A stretch of DNA of 64,000 nucleotides, from assembly GCA_002269645.1 (NCBI GenBank), contig NIVC01000297.1, positions 431,178 to 495,177 of the forward strand. The letters are read 5' to 3'. The first letter of the stretch is position 1. Each line of letters opens with the position of its first letter. The position numbers and the translations under genes are program-made. A model generated the notes under the pieces. That model worked only from the letters and a program-made list of their open reading frames with translations, was not told the DNA's origin and searched no databases. Positions 24,621-37,610 of the stretch are shown here, in pieces. Source of the stretch: Macrostomum lignano (Eukaryota).

Positions 24621-25149
24621 GCGGAGAGATAGGAGGAGTCGGTGAGAGAAAGCACACCCAGGAAAATGCACAGCACAACAACGCAGCTGACAGTCAGTGG
24701 ATTCACACAGCAGTTGCAGTCCCCGAGCACTGGCAACATAAAAGCTTTACTATAATATACATGTACTCGTATATAAATTTATTGAATTGCGCAGCAAGAT
24801 TAAACATTAGGCTTCAAGCCATATAAACTACTGGTCAATGTAAGAAACTGATTTTAACAAATGTAATGTAATAATAATAATAAAGCTACCAAGTGAAATC
24901 AGGTAATAATAGCTACTTTACCACCTGAATGACTAGTGGTACCCCATCCAACTGCCATGCTATGCATTTTCTACTTGCGACGGAAAACTCTATAACCATA
25001 CACAAAACTGGAGCCACGGGTTCACCGAATGATACATACACAGCAATGTACTGACTGAGCCTGCTTGCATCCAAATCCTTGGGTCAACAAGTTTTCTTAA
25101 TGACGAAAATTGGGTTTGGGAATTTGGTAATTCTGGGCTATTCTCAATG

Positions 25150-26088
25150 GGGATCATTTGGGAATTGTGGGCGATTCTCAATGGTTGAGGATCATTTGGG
25201 AATTGTGGGCGATTCTCAATGGTTGAGGATCATTTGGGAATTGTGGGCGATTCTCAATGGTTGAGGATCATTTGGGAATTGTGGGCGATTCTCAATGGTT
25301 GAGGATCATTTGGGAATTGTGGGCGATTCTCAATGGTTGAGGATCATTTGGGAATTGTGGGCGATTATCAATTGTTGAGGATCATTTGGGAATTGTGGGC
25401 GATTCTCAATGGTTGAGGATCATTTGGGAATTGTGGGCGATTCTCAATGGTTGAGGATCATTTGGGAATTGTGGATGATTCTCAGTGGTTGAGGATCATT
25501 TGGGAATTGTGGATGATTCTCAATGGTTGAGGACCATTTGGGAATTGTGGATGATTCTCAATGGTTGAGGACCATTTGGGAATTGTGGGCGATTCTCAAT
25601 GGTTGAGGATCATTTGGGAATTGTGGATGATTCTCAGTGGTTGAGGATCATTTGGGAATTGTGGATGATTCTCAATGGTTGAGGACCATTTGGGAATTGT
25701 GGGCGATTCTCAATGGTTGAGGATCATTTGGGAATTGTGGATGATTCTCAGTGGTTGAGGATCATTTGGGAATTGTGGATGATTCTCAATGGTTGAGGAC
25801 CATTTGGGAATTGTGGATGATTCTCAGTGGTTGAGGATCATTTGGGAATTGTGGATGATTCTCAATGGTTGAGGATCATTTGGGAATTGTGGATGATTCT
25901 CAATGGTTGAGGATCATTTGGGAATTGTGGATGATTCTCAATGGTTGAGGACCATTTGGGAATCGTGGATGATTCTCAATGGTTGAGGACCATTTGGGAA
26001 TTGTGGGCGATTGTCAATGGTTGAGGACCATTTGGGAATTGTGGGCGATTCTTAATGGTTGAGGACCATTTGGGAATTGTGGGCGATT
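25150..26088. repeat. 38-bp minisatellite, about 24 copies
   Basis: Period 38 (25187/25225). Confidence 0.95.
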
Positions 26089-26897
26089 CTCTCAGTTTTG
26101 GTGCCAGACAATTTTGAGTTAAAGAGGCATATTTCAGGACAACAACAGACGTAAGATATCTTATTAAACACAACTTACCTGCCAGTCTCTGGATCGATAA
26201 CTTTACTAGCAACAGTCATGCTTAAAGATTAATTTGCTGTTGCAATTGTTGCTTTACACAAGGCTGTAAATTACTATTTAGTTCTTTGTTTGAATGCCCC
26301 GTAAATTTCTAGTCTAAGGGCAAGCGACTAAATAGAGAGAAAAGCTGTCAATATTCCTAGCTCTGGCTGGGGGTCTCTTAGCCCCCCAGTTGTGTGTGTG
26401 CGCGCTTTTTTTCACAGTCCCAGTCCCTATTTTCAACGCTAAACAACCGAGTGAGCGAGTGACGCGCGCGCGCGCATTGGTCTTTCTACTAAAGCTTTAG
26501 TTTTCCTGTCTTCTCTCTCACAACTCGTTCTCTCCCAGTTGGTGGTTCCCACAGAGTACAAGAACTCTGTCCTGCCCGCATGCGGAGGGGGGGGGGCAGA
26601 CCATTCACGTACAGGCAAAGTCCAAAGCTTCTCTATAGTAAAGATACAGCGCAATTATTTCTAAGTGTACATTGTGTACAGTAACCGCGGAGGCCTGTCT
26701 CTCTATTATCCCCCATTCCCCCAGTAGCATATTTGCCCAGGCCAATGGAAATCAATCCCTGTGTCTGGCTGTCTGGCCTGGGACCAAGAAGCCACACCCT
26801 TTGTGGGATTTTTCTAAGAATTAATACCGAGTCTGCTGACTGCAGTCCTAAACTCCTATTAATACGCTTCTTAAATATATAATATTTTGAGTGTCAT

Positions 26898-27145
26898 GGT
26901 TGGCGCCCCCTTTTTCTCTTTGGTTGGCGCCCCTGTCTCTTGGTTGGCGCCCCCTTTTTCTCTTTGGTTGGCGCCCCCATTTTCTCTTTGGTTGGCGCCC
27001 CTGTCTCTTTGGTTTGCGCCCCCTTGTCTCTTTGGTTGGCGCCCCTGTCTCTTAGTTGGCGCCCCTATCGTTTCATTGACGCCCCTGTCTCTTGATGGGC
27101 GCCTCCTGTCTCTTTGGTTTGGCGCCCCTGCCTCTTGGCGCCGCT
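26898..27145. repeat. TTGGCGCCCC-core minisatellite
   Basis: About 10 ggcgcc cores. Confidence 0.85.
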
Positions 27146-27809
27146 TGACCGGTGGATGTCACGCCACAAGAGGTGTGAAGACTTCAGCTGTTAAGATTCG
27201 TTGAGCTTGGCTACCTTTTTTCATTTCGTAATTCTAATAATTTAATTATCTACATGTAAAAAACAATCTACAAACTAGAAGCTACAAGATCTAATCTAGA
27301 TTACTAAGTCGATAGCGCCTTGTCTGTTGCCTGGATAGCAGTTGGTAGCGCGTGGCCTGTGCGGCACATGCAGACAGAATGCAATGAGAACAAGAGACAA
27401 GAGGGGGCAACCTCAACTCCGCACCATTGCTTGCACACCCAAGCGCATAAGCACACGAAAAAAAAACTGAAACAAGAGAAGCGGAGCAGAAGAAGAGAAA
27501 CCAAACACTTTAATAATCAGTACTAAAATATACTGCCAAGTGCTATATAGCTTAGCCAGAAAAAAGCAGAAGACCTTGAAGCGGAAAAATAGTACAGAAG
27601 GAAAGGCAGTAGTAGAAAGAGAGGGAAATTTTCCTCGAGAGCCAAAACGAGCCAAGAAGTGCAGACCAACCAGTTATTACTCTTATAAACCCTGTTGATA
27701 GCTGTCAATACGTCAATATGGCCAATTTCCGATTGGGATATAAAATAAATTCATATTTTTCGTAAAATATATAGAAACTGAGTCTAGGCAGCTCAAAAAC
27801 ACCCCGATC

Positions 27810-28680
27810 AGGATTTTAGCGCCAATTAAGCGCCTCGATCACGATTTTAGCGCATCAATCAAGACTTTAGCGCATCAATCAAGACTTAAGCGCCAATTAA
27901 GTACCTCAATCAAGACCTTAGCGCCAATTAAGCGCCTCAATCAAGACCTTAGCGCCAATTAAGCGCCTCAATCAAGACTTAAGCGCCAATTAAATACCTC
28001 AATCAAGACCTTAGCGCCAATTAAGCGCCTCAATCAAGACCTTAGCGCCAATTAGGCGCCTCAATCAAGACCTTAGCGCCAATTTAGCGCCTCAACCAGG
28101 ATCTTAGCGCCAATTAAGCGCCTCAATCAGGATCTTAGCGCCAATTAAGCGCCTCAATCAGGATCTTAGCGCCAATTAAGCGCCTCAATCAGGATCTTAG
28201 CGCCAATTAGACGCCTCAATCAAGACCTTAGCGCCAATTTAGCGCCTTAATCAAGACCTTAGCGCCAATTAAGTACCTCAATCAAGACCTTAGCGCCAAT
28301 TAAGTACCTCAATCAAGACCTTAGCGCTAATTAAGTACCTCAATCAAGACCTTAGCGCTAATTAAGTACCTCAATCAAGACCTTAGCGCTAATTAAGTAC
28401 CTCAATCAAGACCTTAGCGCTAATTAAGTACCTCAATCAAGACCTTAGCGCCAATTAAGTACCCCAATCAAGACCTTAGCGCTAATTAAGTACCTCAATC
28501 AAGACCTTAGCGCCAATTAAGTACCTCAATCAAGACCTTAGCGCTAATTAAGTACCTCAATCAAGACCTTAGCGCTAATTAAGTACCTCAATCAAGACCT
28601 TAGCGCTAATTAAGTACCTCAATCAAGACCTTAGCGCCAATTAAGCGCCTTAACCAAGATTTTAGCGCCAAATTGGCGCC
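27810..28680. repeat. 31-bp minisatellite (ttagcgccaattaagcgcctcaatcaagacc)
   Basis: Direct reading. Confidence 0.95.
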
Positions 28681-28778
28681 TCAATGATGACTTTAGCGTC
28701 GATAAAACGCCTGAACCAAGTTGCACTATATTTTCAGTTTTTAGTTCCCTACTAATATAGTCTGTATAATATACTAAC

Positions 28779-28915
28779 CCGGACACAACCGGAATCCTTT
28801 GAGGTGCCACATTGTCCTTGCCAGTGATGTAGTTCTCTGGCGGTGTGAGCGCCTCCGGCTCTCGGTACTGGCTCATGTAGGAGCTGGGCTCGATCTGCTC
28901 CATGGCAACGTTGTC
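28779..28915 (-). CDS. ank: Ankyrin exon preceding ZU5 (DNVAMEQIEP...PVVSG)
   Basis: tgcag|GAC ... GG|gttagt, phase 0-2. Confidence 0.88.
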
Positions 28916-29170
28916 CTGCAACACAGGAAGACATGGTGCCAATTCAGATCGGACTAAACGCGAGCACTGCTAGTAAAATATTAAAAACATGCGCCAGATT
29001 GGCACCTCTGTCACAGCCCCCAACTTAATGACAATCCATATTTTTTCTATAAGTTAACAATTCATTCCGTTGGATGAAAATCTTATAGAAGTACAAAAAC
29101 AGCTATAAACAATTCATACTTACATTACGCAAACGGATAAAATAAAATAATAGCTGTAAATAAAAACTTA

Positions 29171-29400
29171 AGACAGACAGACAGACAGACACTAAGACAG
29201 ACAGACAGACAGAAAGACAGACAGACAGACACTAAGACGGACAGAAAGACAGACAGACAGACACTAAGACGGACAGAAAGACAGACAGACAGAAAGACAG
29301 ACGGACAGAAAGACAGACAGACAGACAGACAGACAGAAAGACAGACACACAGACAGACATAGACAGACAAACAGACAGACAAACAGACAGACAGACACTA

Positions 29401-29431
<31 letters not shown>

Positions 29432-29496
29432 AAGACACACAGACAGACACTAAGACGGACAGAAAGACAGACAGACAGAAAGACATACGGACAGAA

Positions 29497-29529
<33 letters not shown>

Positions 29530-29910
29530 GGCAGACAGACAGACAGACAGACAAGACAGAAAGACAGACAGAAAGACAGACAGACAGACAGACAAGACAG
29601 AAAGACAGACACTAAGACGGACAGAAAGACAGACAGACAGACAGAAAGACAGACAGAAAGACAGACAGACAGAAAGACAGACGGACAGAAAGACAGACAG
29701 ACACACAGACAGACATAGACAGACAAACAGACAGACACTAAGACAGACAGACAGACAGACAGAAAGACAGACAGACAGACACTAAGACAGACAGACAGAC
29801 AGACAGAAAGACAGACACTAAGACAGACAGACAGGCAGACAGGCAGACAGAAAGACAGACAGACAGACACTAAGACAGACAGACAGACAGACAGACAGAC
29901 ACACAGACAC
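29171..29910. repeat. (GACA)n with GACACTAAGAC variants
   Basis: Direct reading. Confidence 0.95.
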
Positions 29911-30146
29911 TAAGACACTAAGACGGACATATAGACACATACATACCTTGAGACACACTGACACGTTAAAAATAATGTACAAAAGAGAGGGCATTAAAAA
30001 ATTGCATTTTCCAAAAGTACCAAAAAACTCCACAAATCGCACTAGTTGGACTCTTATACTAGATATTGCCTTAGAAAACGGATTTAAAAAATAGTATCTT
30101 ATCTTTAAAACGTCTTTGTCTGAACAAAGAGCACACGGCAACCTAC

Positions 30147-30383
30147 GTTAAAAGCGCTAGAGTCCTCTTGAGAACTTGTCGTCGCTGTAGTCGTATTATA
30201 ATTATTACTACTATTATTATTATAACTAGTATTATTAATATTGGTATTAGCCGGAGCCGTGGATTCCACACCGAAACTGCTGCAGTTAGCAATGGGAGCC
30301 TCCGACTCCCGATAGAACAGCGGTTCTAACTCGGTTGATTGCTCGAACGACTGCAACTGAAGCTGATGCTGCTGCTGATGATG
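30147..30383 (-). CDS. ank: Ankyrin linker exon (HHQQQH...SSAFN), N/Q-rich
   Basis: ctgcag|CAT ... AAC|gtaggt, phase 0-0. Confidence 0.65.
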
Positions 30384-30710
30384 CTGCAGAGAATTTCGTT
30401 TCGTAGAAAATTTTTGATTCGGTTAAAGAGAGGAGAGAGAGGGGAGACAGGAGAGAGTCAGTCCGCTGTTTAGATTTCTAGTCGGCTAGTCATAGCGCGC
30501 AAGTGAATTAGAATAAACAAAACTGGGGTGAAATATTTAAACACACTTGGGGCAAACAGCATGTATGTGTAGTATGTGCACAGGTACAATGCTTACTGCT
30601 TAGCTAGTATTGAAAGCCAAAACTTTCAAACATAGAGATTGCACACGATTACTATGTTACCTGTACACATGTGATTTAGGTAACAAAAAAAGTGACTGAC
30701 AAAAACTAAC

Positions 30711-30778
30711 CTTCTGCGATGAGAGAGTGCCAATCTTCTCAATATCGTGGGTAGTCTCGTCCACGCTAACGGCATCGC
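30711..30778 (-). CDS. ank: Ankyrin linker exon (GDAVSVDETTHDIEKIGTLSSQK)
   Basis: tgcag|GC ... AAG|gttagt, phase 1-0. Confidence 0.75.
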
Positions 30779-31154
30779 CTGCAAAAGTGGCGATTATTTA
30801 AATTCGTTGTTTTCCTAGAAACCTTTTAAAAACAAGTAAAAAAAAAAACGGAAATTATCAACGGAAATTTCAAAAGTTTGAAAAAAACGCATGGATGGAT
30901 TGATTTTATTAGATTAAATTTTATTGCACAGCATGTAAGGCAAAAATCGATTATATATTAGTTTGTTTATGTTTTCAGCGCTGGAATTTAGACTCTAGAT
31001 TAGAGTATTAGTGTTGAACACTAGTTAATTAGATACAAAAACTACTTCGTTTAGTAGTTCAATGTTGGCGTCGCTAACACATCTGCTCTTCAATAGTACA
31101 CGTAAGATAAATGTACCTACTGTAGGCGCCTCACCTACCCTTTGAATCTTTCAG

Positions 31155-31755
31155 TGTTGGCGCCACATCGACTCTCTTGGTCCTTGTGTTGGCGCCACAT
31201 CTACTCTCTAGATCCTTCAGTGTTGGCGCCACATCTACTCTTTAGATCCTTCAGTGTTGGTGCCACATCTACTCTCTAGATCCTTCAGTGTTGGCGCCAC
31301 ATCTACTCTTTAGATCCTTCAGTGTTGGTGCCACATCTACTCTCTAGATCCTTCAGTGTTGGCGCCACATCTACTCTCTAGATCCTTCAGTGTTGGCGCA
31401 ACATCTAATGTTTAAGATCTTTCTGTGTTGGCGCCACATCTAATCTCTAGACATTTCTCTGTTGGCGCCACATCTAATCTCTAAGATCTTTCTGTGCTGG
31501 CGCCACATCTAATCTCTAAGATCTCTGTGTGTTGGCGCCACATTTAATCTCTAAGATCTTTCTGTGTTGGCGCCACATCTAATCTCTAGATATTTCTCTG
31601 TTGGCGCCACATCTAATCTCTAAGATCTTTCTGTGCTGGCGCCACATCTAATCTCTAAGATCTCTGTGTGTTGGCGCCACATTTAATCTCTAAGATCTTT
31701 CTGTGTTGGCGCCACATCTAATCTCTATAAAATCTCTGTGTGTTGGCGCCACATC
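31155..31755. repeat. 34-35-bp minisatellite (gttggcgccacatctactctctagatccttcagt)
   Basis: Period 34 (31201/31235). Confidence 0.92.
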
Positions 31756-32360
31756 CCACAACCAATATTTTTATGAGTGCATCTTATCCTCTCATGAACC
31801 CAATGTCAAAGCGCCAAACCCCACATCTCGATTCAAAGCCAAAAGTTCTGGCACTACCTATAAAAGATATTATCTGTATAATATCCGCACCCATTAGGGA
31901 AAATATAATGTTATACAAACAGAATTCAATTGCATTTTAGCTGCCTAGTCTGTTATAGGGATTTTTTGTTGCGACAAGCCATAATTGAATTTCGGCAGAT
32001 CTGAAGTACAAGTTCACACCGAACAGGAAAGGAGATCATGCACTTCAACACTCCAATGTCGAGCGGTTCTTATTTACATTCTGTACTGGCAAAAACGACA
32101 AAAAAGCATCGATAGATGGAATGGAATTCGGTAAACAGAAGGGATTGTCGTTGGGAAAAACCGCTCAGGGCTTTAACTGAGCGTAACCTGCAAGAAACTG
32201 TTAATAACGATTACAGATGAGTTATTGTTGTTCAAGACTAAATTGAACACGGTTGGCATGGTGGACGTGCAGCAAGGTATGGATGAAGAAGTGGGGCCGT
32301 CAGCCTCTGCAGAGATGCAATGCCGCTAGAAAAACTTAATTGTTAATGCCTGTGTCTGTT

Positions 32361-32717
32361 TTAGTGGCTGTCTGTCTGTCTTTGTGTCTGTCTTTCTGTC
32401 TGTCTGTCTGTCTGTCTGTGTGTATTAGTGTCTTGTCTTTCTGTCTGTCTGTCTGTCTCTCTTAGTGTCAGTCTGTCTTAGTGTCTGTCTGTCTGTCTGT
32501 GTGTCTTAGTGTCTTAGTGTCTGTCTGTCTGTGTCTTAGTGTCTTAGTGTCTGTCTGTCTGTGTGTCTTAGTGTCTGTCTTTCTGCCTGTCTGTCTTAGT
32601 GTCTGTCTGTCTGTCTGTCTGTGTGTCTTAGTGTCTGTCTTTCTGCCTGTCTGTCTTAGTGTCTGTCTGTCTGTCTGTCTGTGTGTCTTAGTGTCTGTCT
32701 TTCTGTCTGTCTGTGTG

Positions 32718-32760
<43 letters not shown>

Positions 32761-32915
32761 GTGTCTTAGTGTCTGTCTTAGTGTCTGTCTGTCTTAGTGT
32801 CTGTCTGTGTGTCTGTCTGTCTGTGTGTCTGTCTGTCTGTCTGTCTGTCTGTCTTTGTGTCTGTCTGTCTGTCTTTGTGTCTGTCTGTCTCTCTGTCTCT
32901 GTCAGTCTGTCTGTC
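32361..32915. repeat. (TGTC)n with GTCTTAGTGTC variants
   Basis: Reverse complement of the 29171-29910 array type. Confidence 0.95.
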
Positions 32916-32935
32916 CCAACCGAGCTCCGTGTTAC

Positions 32936-33127
32936 CCGATCTAGCCGAGGACAAGTCAGACAGCTGACGCCTGGACGCGGAGCCAGGTGCCGCCCTGCCC
33001 AGTCGCTGATCGACAGACGCGATAGCGGCAGTGACAGCGGCGGCGCCTTCAGGCGTTCGGCCGACAGAAGAGGAGAACATTGGCGAGGCGGGCAGCTGAG
33101 TGTAATCAGCCGCGTCCGTGTGGTGAG
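32936..33127 (-). CDS. ank: Ankyrin linker exon ([16 protein letters not shown]...SARS)
   Basis: cgcag|CT ... G|gtaaca, phase 1-1. Confidence 0.7.
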
Positions 33128-33705
33128 CTGCGTATATCGTCGTGTCATGATACGTTTGCTCAAATTTTCAATATTTATAAAACATTTTAAAAAGGCATAA
33201 TTTATGAGAAGAACATTTCCTTGTTGCAAATATTGCATAAACTGGCTGACTAGCTACGAGTACTTATAAAAAACCTTATTATAAAAACGCTTTGTTTGAT
33301 TTTGAATTTTGATTTTGAATTTCAGTTAATTTTGACGGGATGGTTTTTTGAAACAATACTGAAAGCAAGCGCGCGAAAGGAAAATTGATTATATATTATA
33401 AATGTGCTAATATCTACACAAATATTGCATGCATAATAGAATGCACTGTTATTGACACAGCAAGCACACATAATTAGATAATTCATTTGTAAGTAAGCTT
33501 ATTAATGCAGGCTCCTTTGACAAAAACATAATATTTTAACCTCTGATCCGCTGCCAAACCGAAGTAGCCAGGTTATTATATTATAATTATTAAGCTGGAG
33601 AAGAGCTTGAAGATCACACACTTCAACACTTGGCTGTGTTACTTTAATGCGCTGCATTATTTTTTCTGCATAATTAAGATTATCCTAATTTTATTTTAAC
33701 AATAC

Positions 33706-34074
33706 CCTTGGATCGATTGGAACTTTTTGAGCCTTTTCGAGCAACTGACGCCGGTTGAGGCGGTGTCAGCAACACTGGCAGCTTCTGAGCACCCTTGGAG
33801 CGAGTTGACGGCCTTGACTGCAACTGCTGCTGACCGGCTGTAGATTTTTTCATTTCCGGCTCCTCAATTAACGATGACTCATCGTGCTCATGCTCGCTAA
33901 CAGCGGCAGACGAGGAGGCATCGTCACAGAGAAGGAATTCTGTGCTGCCCTCTGGCTGCAGTAGGGCGCTCATGCCGCCAATAGAAGCGCCTGCAGCTGC
34001 TCCGCCGGTTTTATTATCAGTTTCTAGAACAGAGCCTGCGGCGGCGGCATGTTTGGCTTTGATCTCATCGTTAT
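33706..34074 (-). CDS. ank: Ankyrin linker exon (DNDEIKAKH...SNRSK)
   Basis: aatag|AT ... G|gtattg, phase 1-1, 123 codons open. Confidence 0.65.
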
Positions 34075-34626
34075 CTATTAATTTTATGACCTAATTATAA
34101 CCCCATTAACGGCCAGGGCTGTACATCTGTCGAGGGGGGAGAGAGAGACAGAGAAATCTATTTTTAGAACTGGCCTTAGCCAATGAAGTAAACCGCACAA
34201 ACGAACAATCAAAAATCGAACTGGGTAAAAATCAATATTAAAAATCGATAATTATTGGAACTATAAAAAACTGCTGAATCATGCTTAACTATAACGTTTA
34301 AAAAATTACTGGGTGCTAAAATTACTACACTACTACCTTGGTAGTAGGACGGTCGGTGCAAATTATTAGTTATTGATTTATACCGCCACCAAGGTTAGTA
34401 ATTAAAAGTTAATTACAGAAGTTAATTATTATTTAATCATTTTAATGATATTAATCAACAAGATTTTTTGTTAGAAAAGAAGCAGTTTTTCGTGTTAAAA
34501 TTTTGTCAACAAAAAGAACAGAAGATATGCAGAAGCATCAATTGTGCTATTTCTAACCTGATTGAGTTGACAAATTTGGTAAAGAAATTACTACTGCCTC
34601 GCTTCAAAGCATTTTTATTTGCCTAC

Positions 34627-34692
34627 CCGTGTTGAGCGAAGTGGCCGAACGGAAACTTTCCGAGCCGTCGAGCTTAGAGGACCTGCCCTCGT
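34627..34692 (-). CDS. ank: Ankyrin linker exon (DEGRSSKLDGSESFRSATSLNT)
   Basis: accag|AC ... G|gtaggc, phase 1-1. Confidence 0.7.
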
Positions 34693-35047
34693 CTGGTTAC
34701 GCAAATAATCATAAATTATAAGTTATTAATAAATAAGGCTGGTTCAAGCTAGTCCTAGATGTCAGAAGGAAATTGGTTATTTTGTAAGGTAAGCTTTTGT
34801 TTTGTGCAACTAAAAAGAAGGGAAGAGACAGGCTAAATCCTAACTACACTACTGATTTTAGACACTAAAGTAGCATTATACGAAATCAATAATAAATAGT
34901 TTTGATAGTACGAGGAACGCTGCAAAAGTTTCTGAACTGTAACGAATGACATTTAAAACATTTAACGCACGAGTTTTATATAAAACAATCTGAAAGTTTA
35001 AATTTTCACTCGCTACCACTTGCACACTGTAAAGTTGGTAACTTAAG

Positions 35048-35331
35048 TGATTACACCTCCCCCATCAGACCAGATGTGCAACCGACAGCTCAGCCGCAGC
35101 TATTGCGCGGCGCATCTGAAGGCTGCGTTCAGTCCAAGGGCGGGGGGTCGCCACACACACCCTCAATTACCCCAGCTAATGCTGGCACCCATTCTTCAGC
35201 TGGGTGAACTGAAGCAATGCAGAGTTAAGTATCTTTCCTCAAGGACACAAATTGTTCTTCGAGTGGGTCGAGAATCGAACCCCCGACCTTCAAGTCGTGA
35301 TTCCGACGCTCGAAGCACTAGGCCTACAACC
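35048..35331 (-). mobile_element. tRNA-derived SINE with Deu/Nin/Meta-like central core, near full length
   Basis: Minus strand has A-box-like TAGGCCTAGTG, B-box GGTTCGATTCT, then core GTGTCCTTGAGGAAAGATACTTAAC..TTGCTTCAGTTCACCCAGCTG..ATGGGTGCC; second copy at 62519. Confidence 0.85.
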
Positions 35332-36147
35332 AAATTGTTATAAATTTTGTTCAACATGTGGATAATCGTTTTGCTGTTGTTTACAGTAAACAGCAAACAA
35401 AAGTCCAGAAACTTCTGCAACACCCCTCGCACGCTTGCATAAGCAGGGGGACCAGCCCAGTTTGTTAAAAACTGCAACGCAAATTACAATGGTGTTAAGT
35501 GTTAAAAAAAGCCAGCACCTCTTATAACCGTCCTTAAATACTAACTCATTACTCTTAACTAACGAGTGCTTTAATTTTCCTTTTTCTAGCCCCACACCGC
35601 ATATACTAGAATAACTAGATGAGCCACTCAGCACATTTGCGTGTAAGCTACTGTCAGTAAGTTAAACAGAAGCATTTTAATGTATTTTTAAAAGCTAAAG
35701 GCTCATTTATTGGGCCTTACTCCCAGCTTAAACCCTCCAAGCGCGCCTTTCCCACTACCCCCCGCCCCACCCCAATTTTTATTGCCTTTCTCGGAATTCC
35801 AGCCTAAAGCTGCCATGTACATTTCAGTGGACTGGCTAATGTACATTATTGCTGAACCAATTAGCAAGTTGTTTACGTCTGCAAGCTTTGGCTTCTAAAC
35901 TTATCAGTTATTTCAGCTGCCTTTATTTTATAAAATAGCTACTGTATTCTTCTTTGCTACTTAAGTGAAAGTAGAAAGCAGTTTTACTAAGTATATATGC
36001 CTGAGTGGCCCATCTAGTTATTCTAGTATCTGTGCCCCACACTGAACCAGAAGTAAAAAGTAATAGCCACAAGAGTGACCACCAGTTAGGAAAGGTTATG
36101 TTTATATAATAAAGAATATTGAATTAAAAGAAATGATCGATATCTAC

Positions 36148-36375
36148 CTAGCTTAGTAGTGGTGTACAGCATCTCATCTTCCAGGTAATCCACGCTAGTA
36201 GTATATTTATTATAAGAATCGGAGCGCATCAAAGTGTTGGCATTGACGTGGCGCTCGTCGAATACAGAATCGGCGCTCTCGGAGCCGCGCGAACGAAGAG
36301 TGTCGCTGGCGCCGAGATGCTGGGCGCCGGTCGGCGAGCCGGCATGGTTCGGGCGGCGAAGTTTCGGCGTTACAC
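36148..36375 (-). CDS. ank: Ankyrin linker exon (GVTPKLRRPNH...YTTTKL)
   Basis: accag|GT ... G|gtagat, phase 1-1, open frame. Confidence 0.75.
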
Positions 36376-36729
36376 CTGGTTTTTATAAAGTATTTATTTT
36401 GTATGGATTCTATGAGGCAAGCAGTTAGTAAATAATAATAATAATAATAAAGCGCAGGCCAGGTAATAGCATAACGATAAGAATCTATTGCAGAATATCA
36501 ACTTACTACTGTTACTACAGGCACAAGGGAAGGCACAATATCTAGAGGCGATAGACAAAATAAGAGATGAATATTGCGGTATACTGCAAAAAGCTGAAGC
36601 ACACACATACACACAGAAAATGATGCAGTTTGCCAGGATAGAACTCAGCTCTGCTTCCAGTAAACCAACTCTGCTTTAAGTAAGCCAAAGATGAGAGTTA
36701 CCGTATATTGAACCAACTGACTCACTTTC

Positions 36730-37610
36730 TCCTCTCCTGACCCTCTCTCCTCTCCCACTGACCATCTCTCCTCTCCCACTGACCATCTCACCTCTCCCTC
36801 TGACCCTCTCTCCTCTCCCACTGACCCTCTCTCCTCTCCCTCTGACCCTCTCTCCTTTCCCACTGACCCTCTCTCCTCTCCCACTGACCCTCTCTCCTCT
36901 CCCACTGACCCTCTCTCCTCTCCCTCTCTGACCCTCTCTCCTCTCCCTCTGACCCTCTCTCCTCTCCCTCTGACCCTCTCTCCTCTCCCTCGGACCCTCT
37001 CTCCTCTCCATCTGACCCTCTCTCCTCTCCCTCGGACCCTCTCTCCTCTTCCTCAGACCCTCTCTCCTCTCCATCTGACCCTCTCTCCTCTCCCTCTGAC
37101 CCTCTCTCCTCTCCCTCGGACCCTCTCTCCTCTCCATCTGACCCTCTCTCCTCTCCCACTGACCCTCTCTCCTCTCCCACTGACCCTCTCTCCTCTCCCA
37201 CTGACCCTCTCTCCTCTCCCACTGACCCTCTCTCCTCTCCCTCTCTGACCCTCTCTCCTCTCCCTCTGACCCTCTCTCCTCTCCCTCTGACCCTCTCTCC
37301 TCTCCCTCGGACCCTCTCTCCTCTCCATCTGACCCTCTCTCCTCTCCCTCGGACCCTCTCTCCTCTCCCTCAGACCCTCTCTCCTCTCCATCTGACCCTC
37401 TCTCCTCTCCATCTGACCCTCTCTCCTCTCCCTCGGACCCTCTCTCCTCTCCATCTGACCCTCTCTCCTCTCCCTCGGACCCTCTCTCCTCTCCATCTGA
37501 CCCTCTCTCCTCTCCTGACCCTCTCTGCTCTCACTCTGACCCTCTCTCCAACTGACCCTCTCTCCTCTCTCTCTCTCCTCTCCCTCCTACCCTCTCCTCT
37601 CCTCTTATCC
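36730..37610. repeat. 21-bp pyrimidine-rich minisatellite (ctctgaccctctctcctctcc)
   Basis: Period 21 (36972/36993/37014). Confidence 0.95.

Noticed and set aside
25150-28680. CRISPR-like arrays (31-38-bp units)
   Set aside because: Head-to-tail repeats with no unique spacers, no cas genes and a eukaryotic intron context.
32140-32310. Possible additional ankyrin linker exon
   Set aside because: Acceptor and donor choices are ambiguous and the gene model is phase-complete without it.
35250-35331. tRNA gene
   Set aside because: No acceptor stem or full cloverleaf; it is the SINE head.
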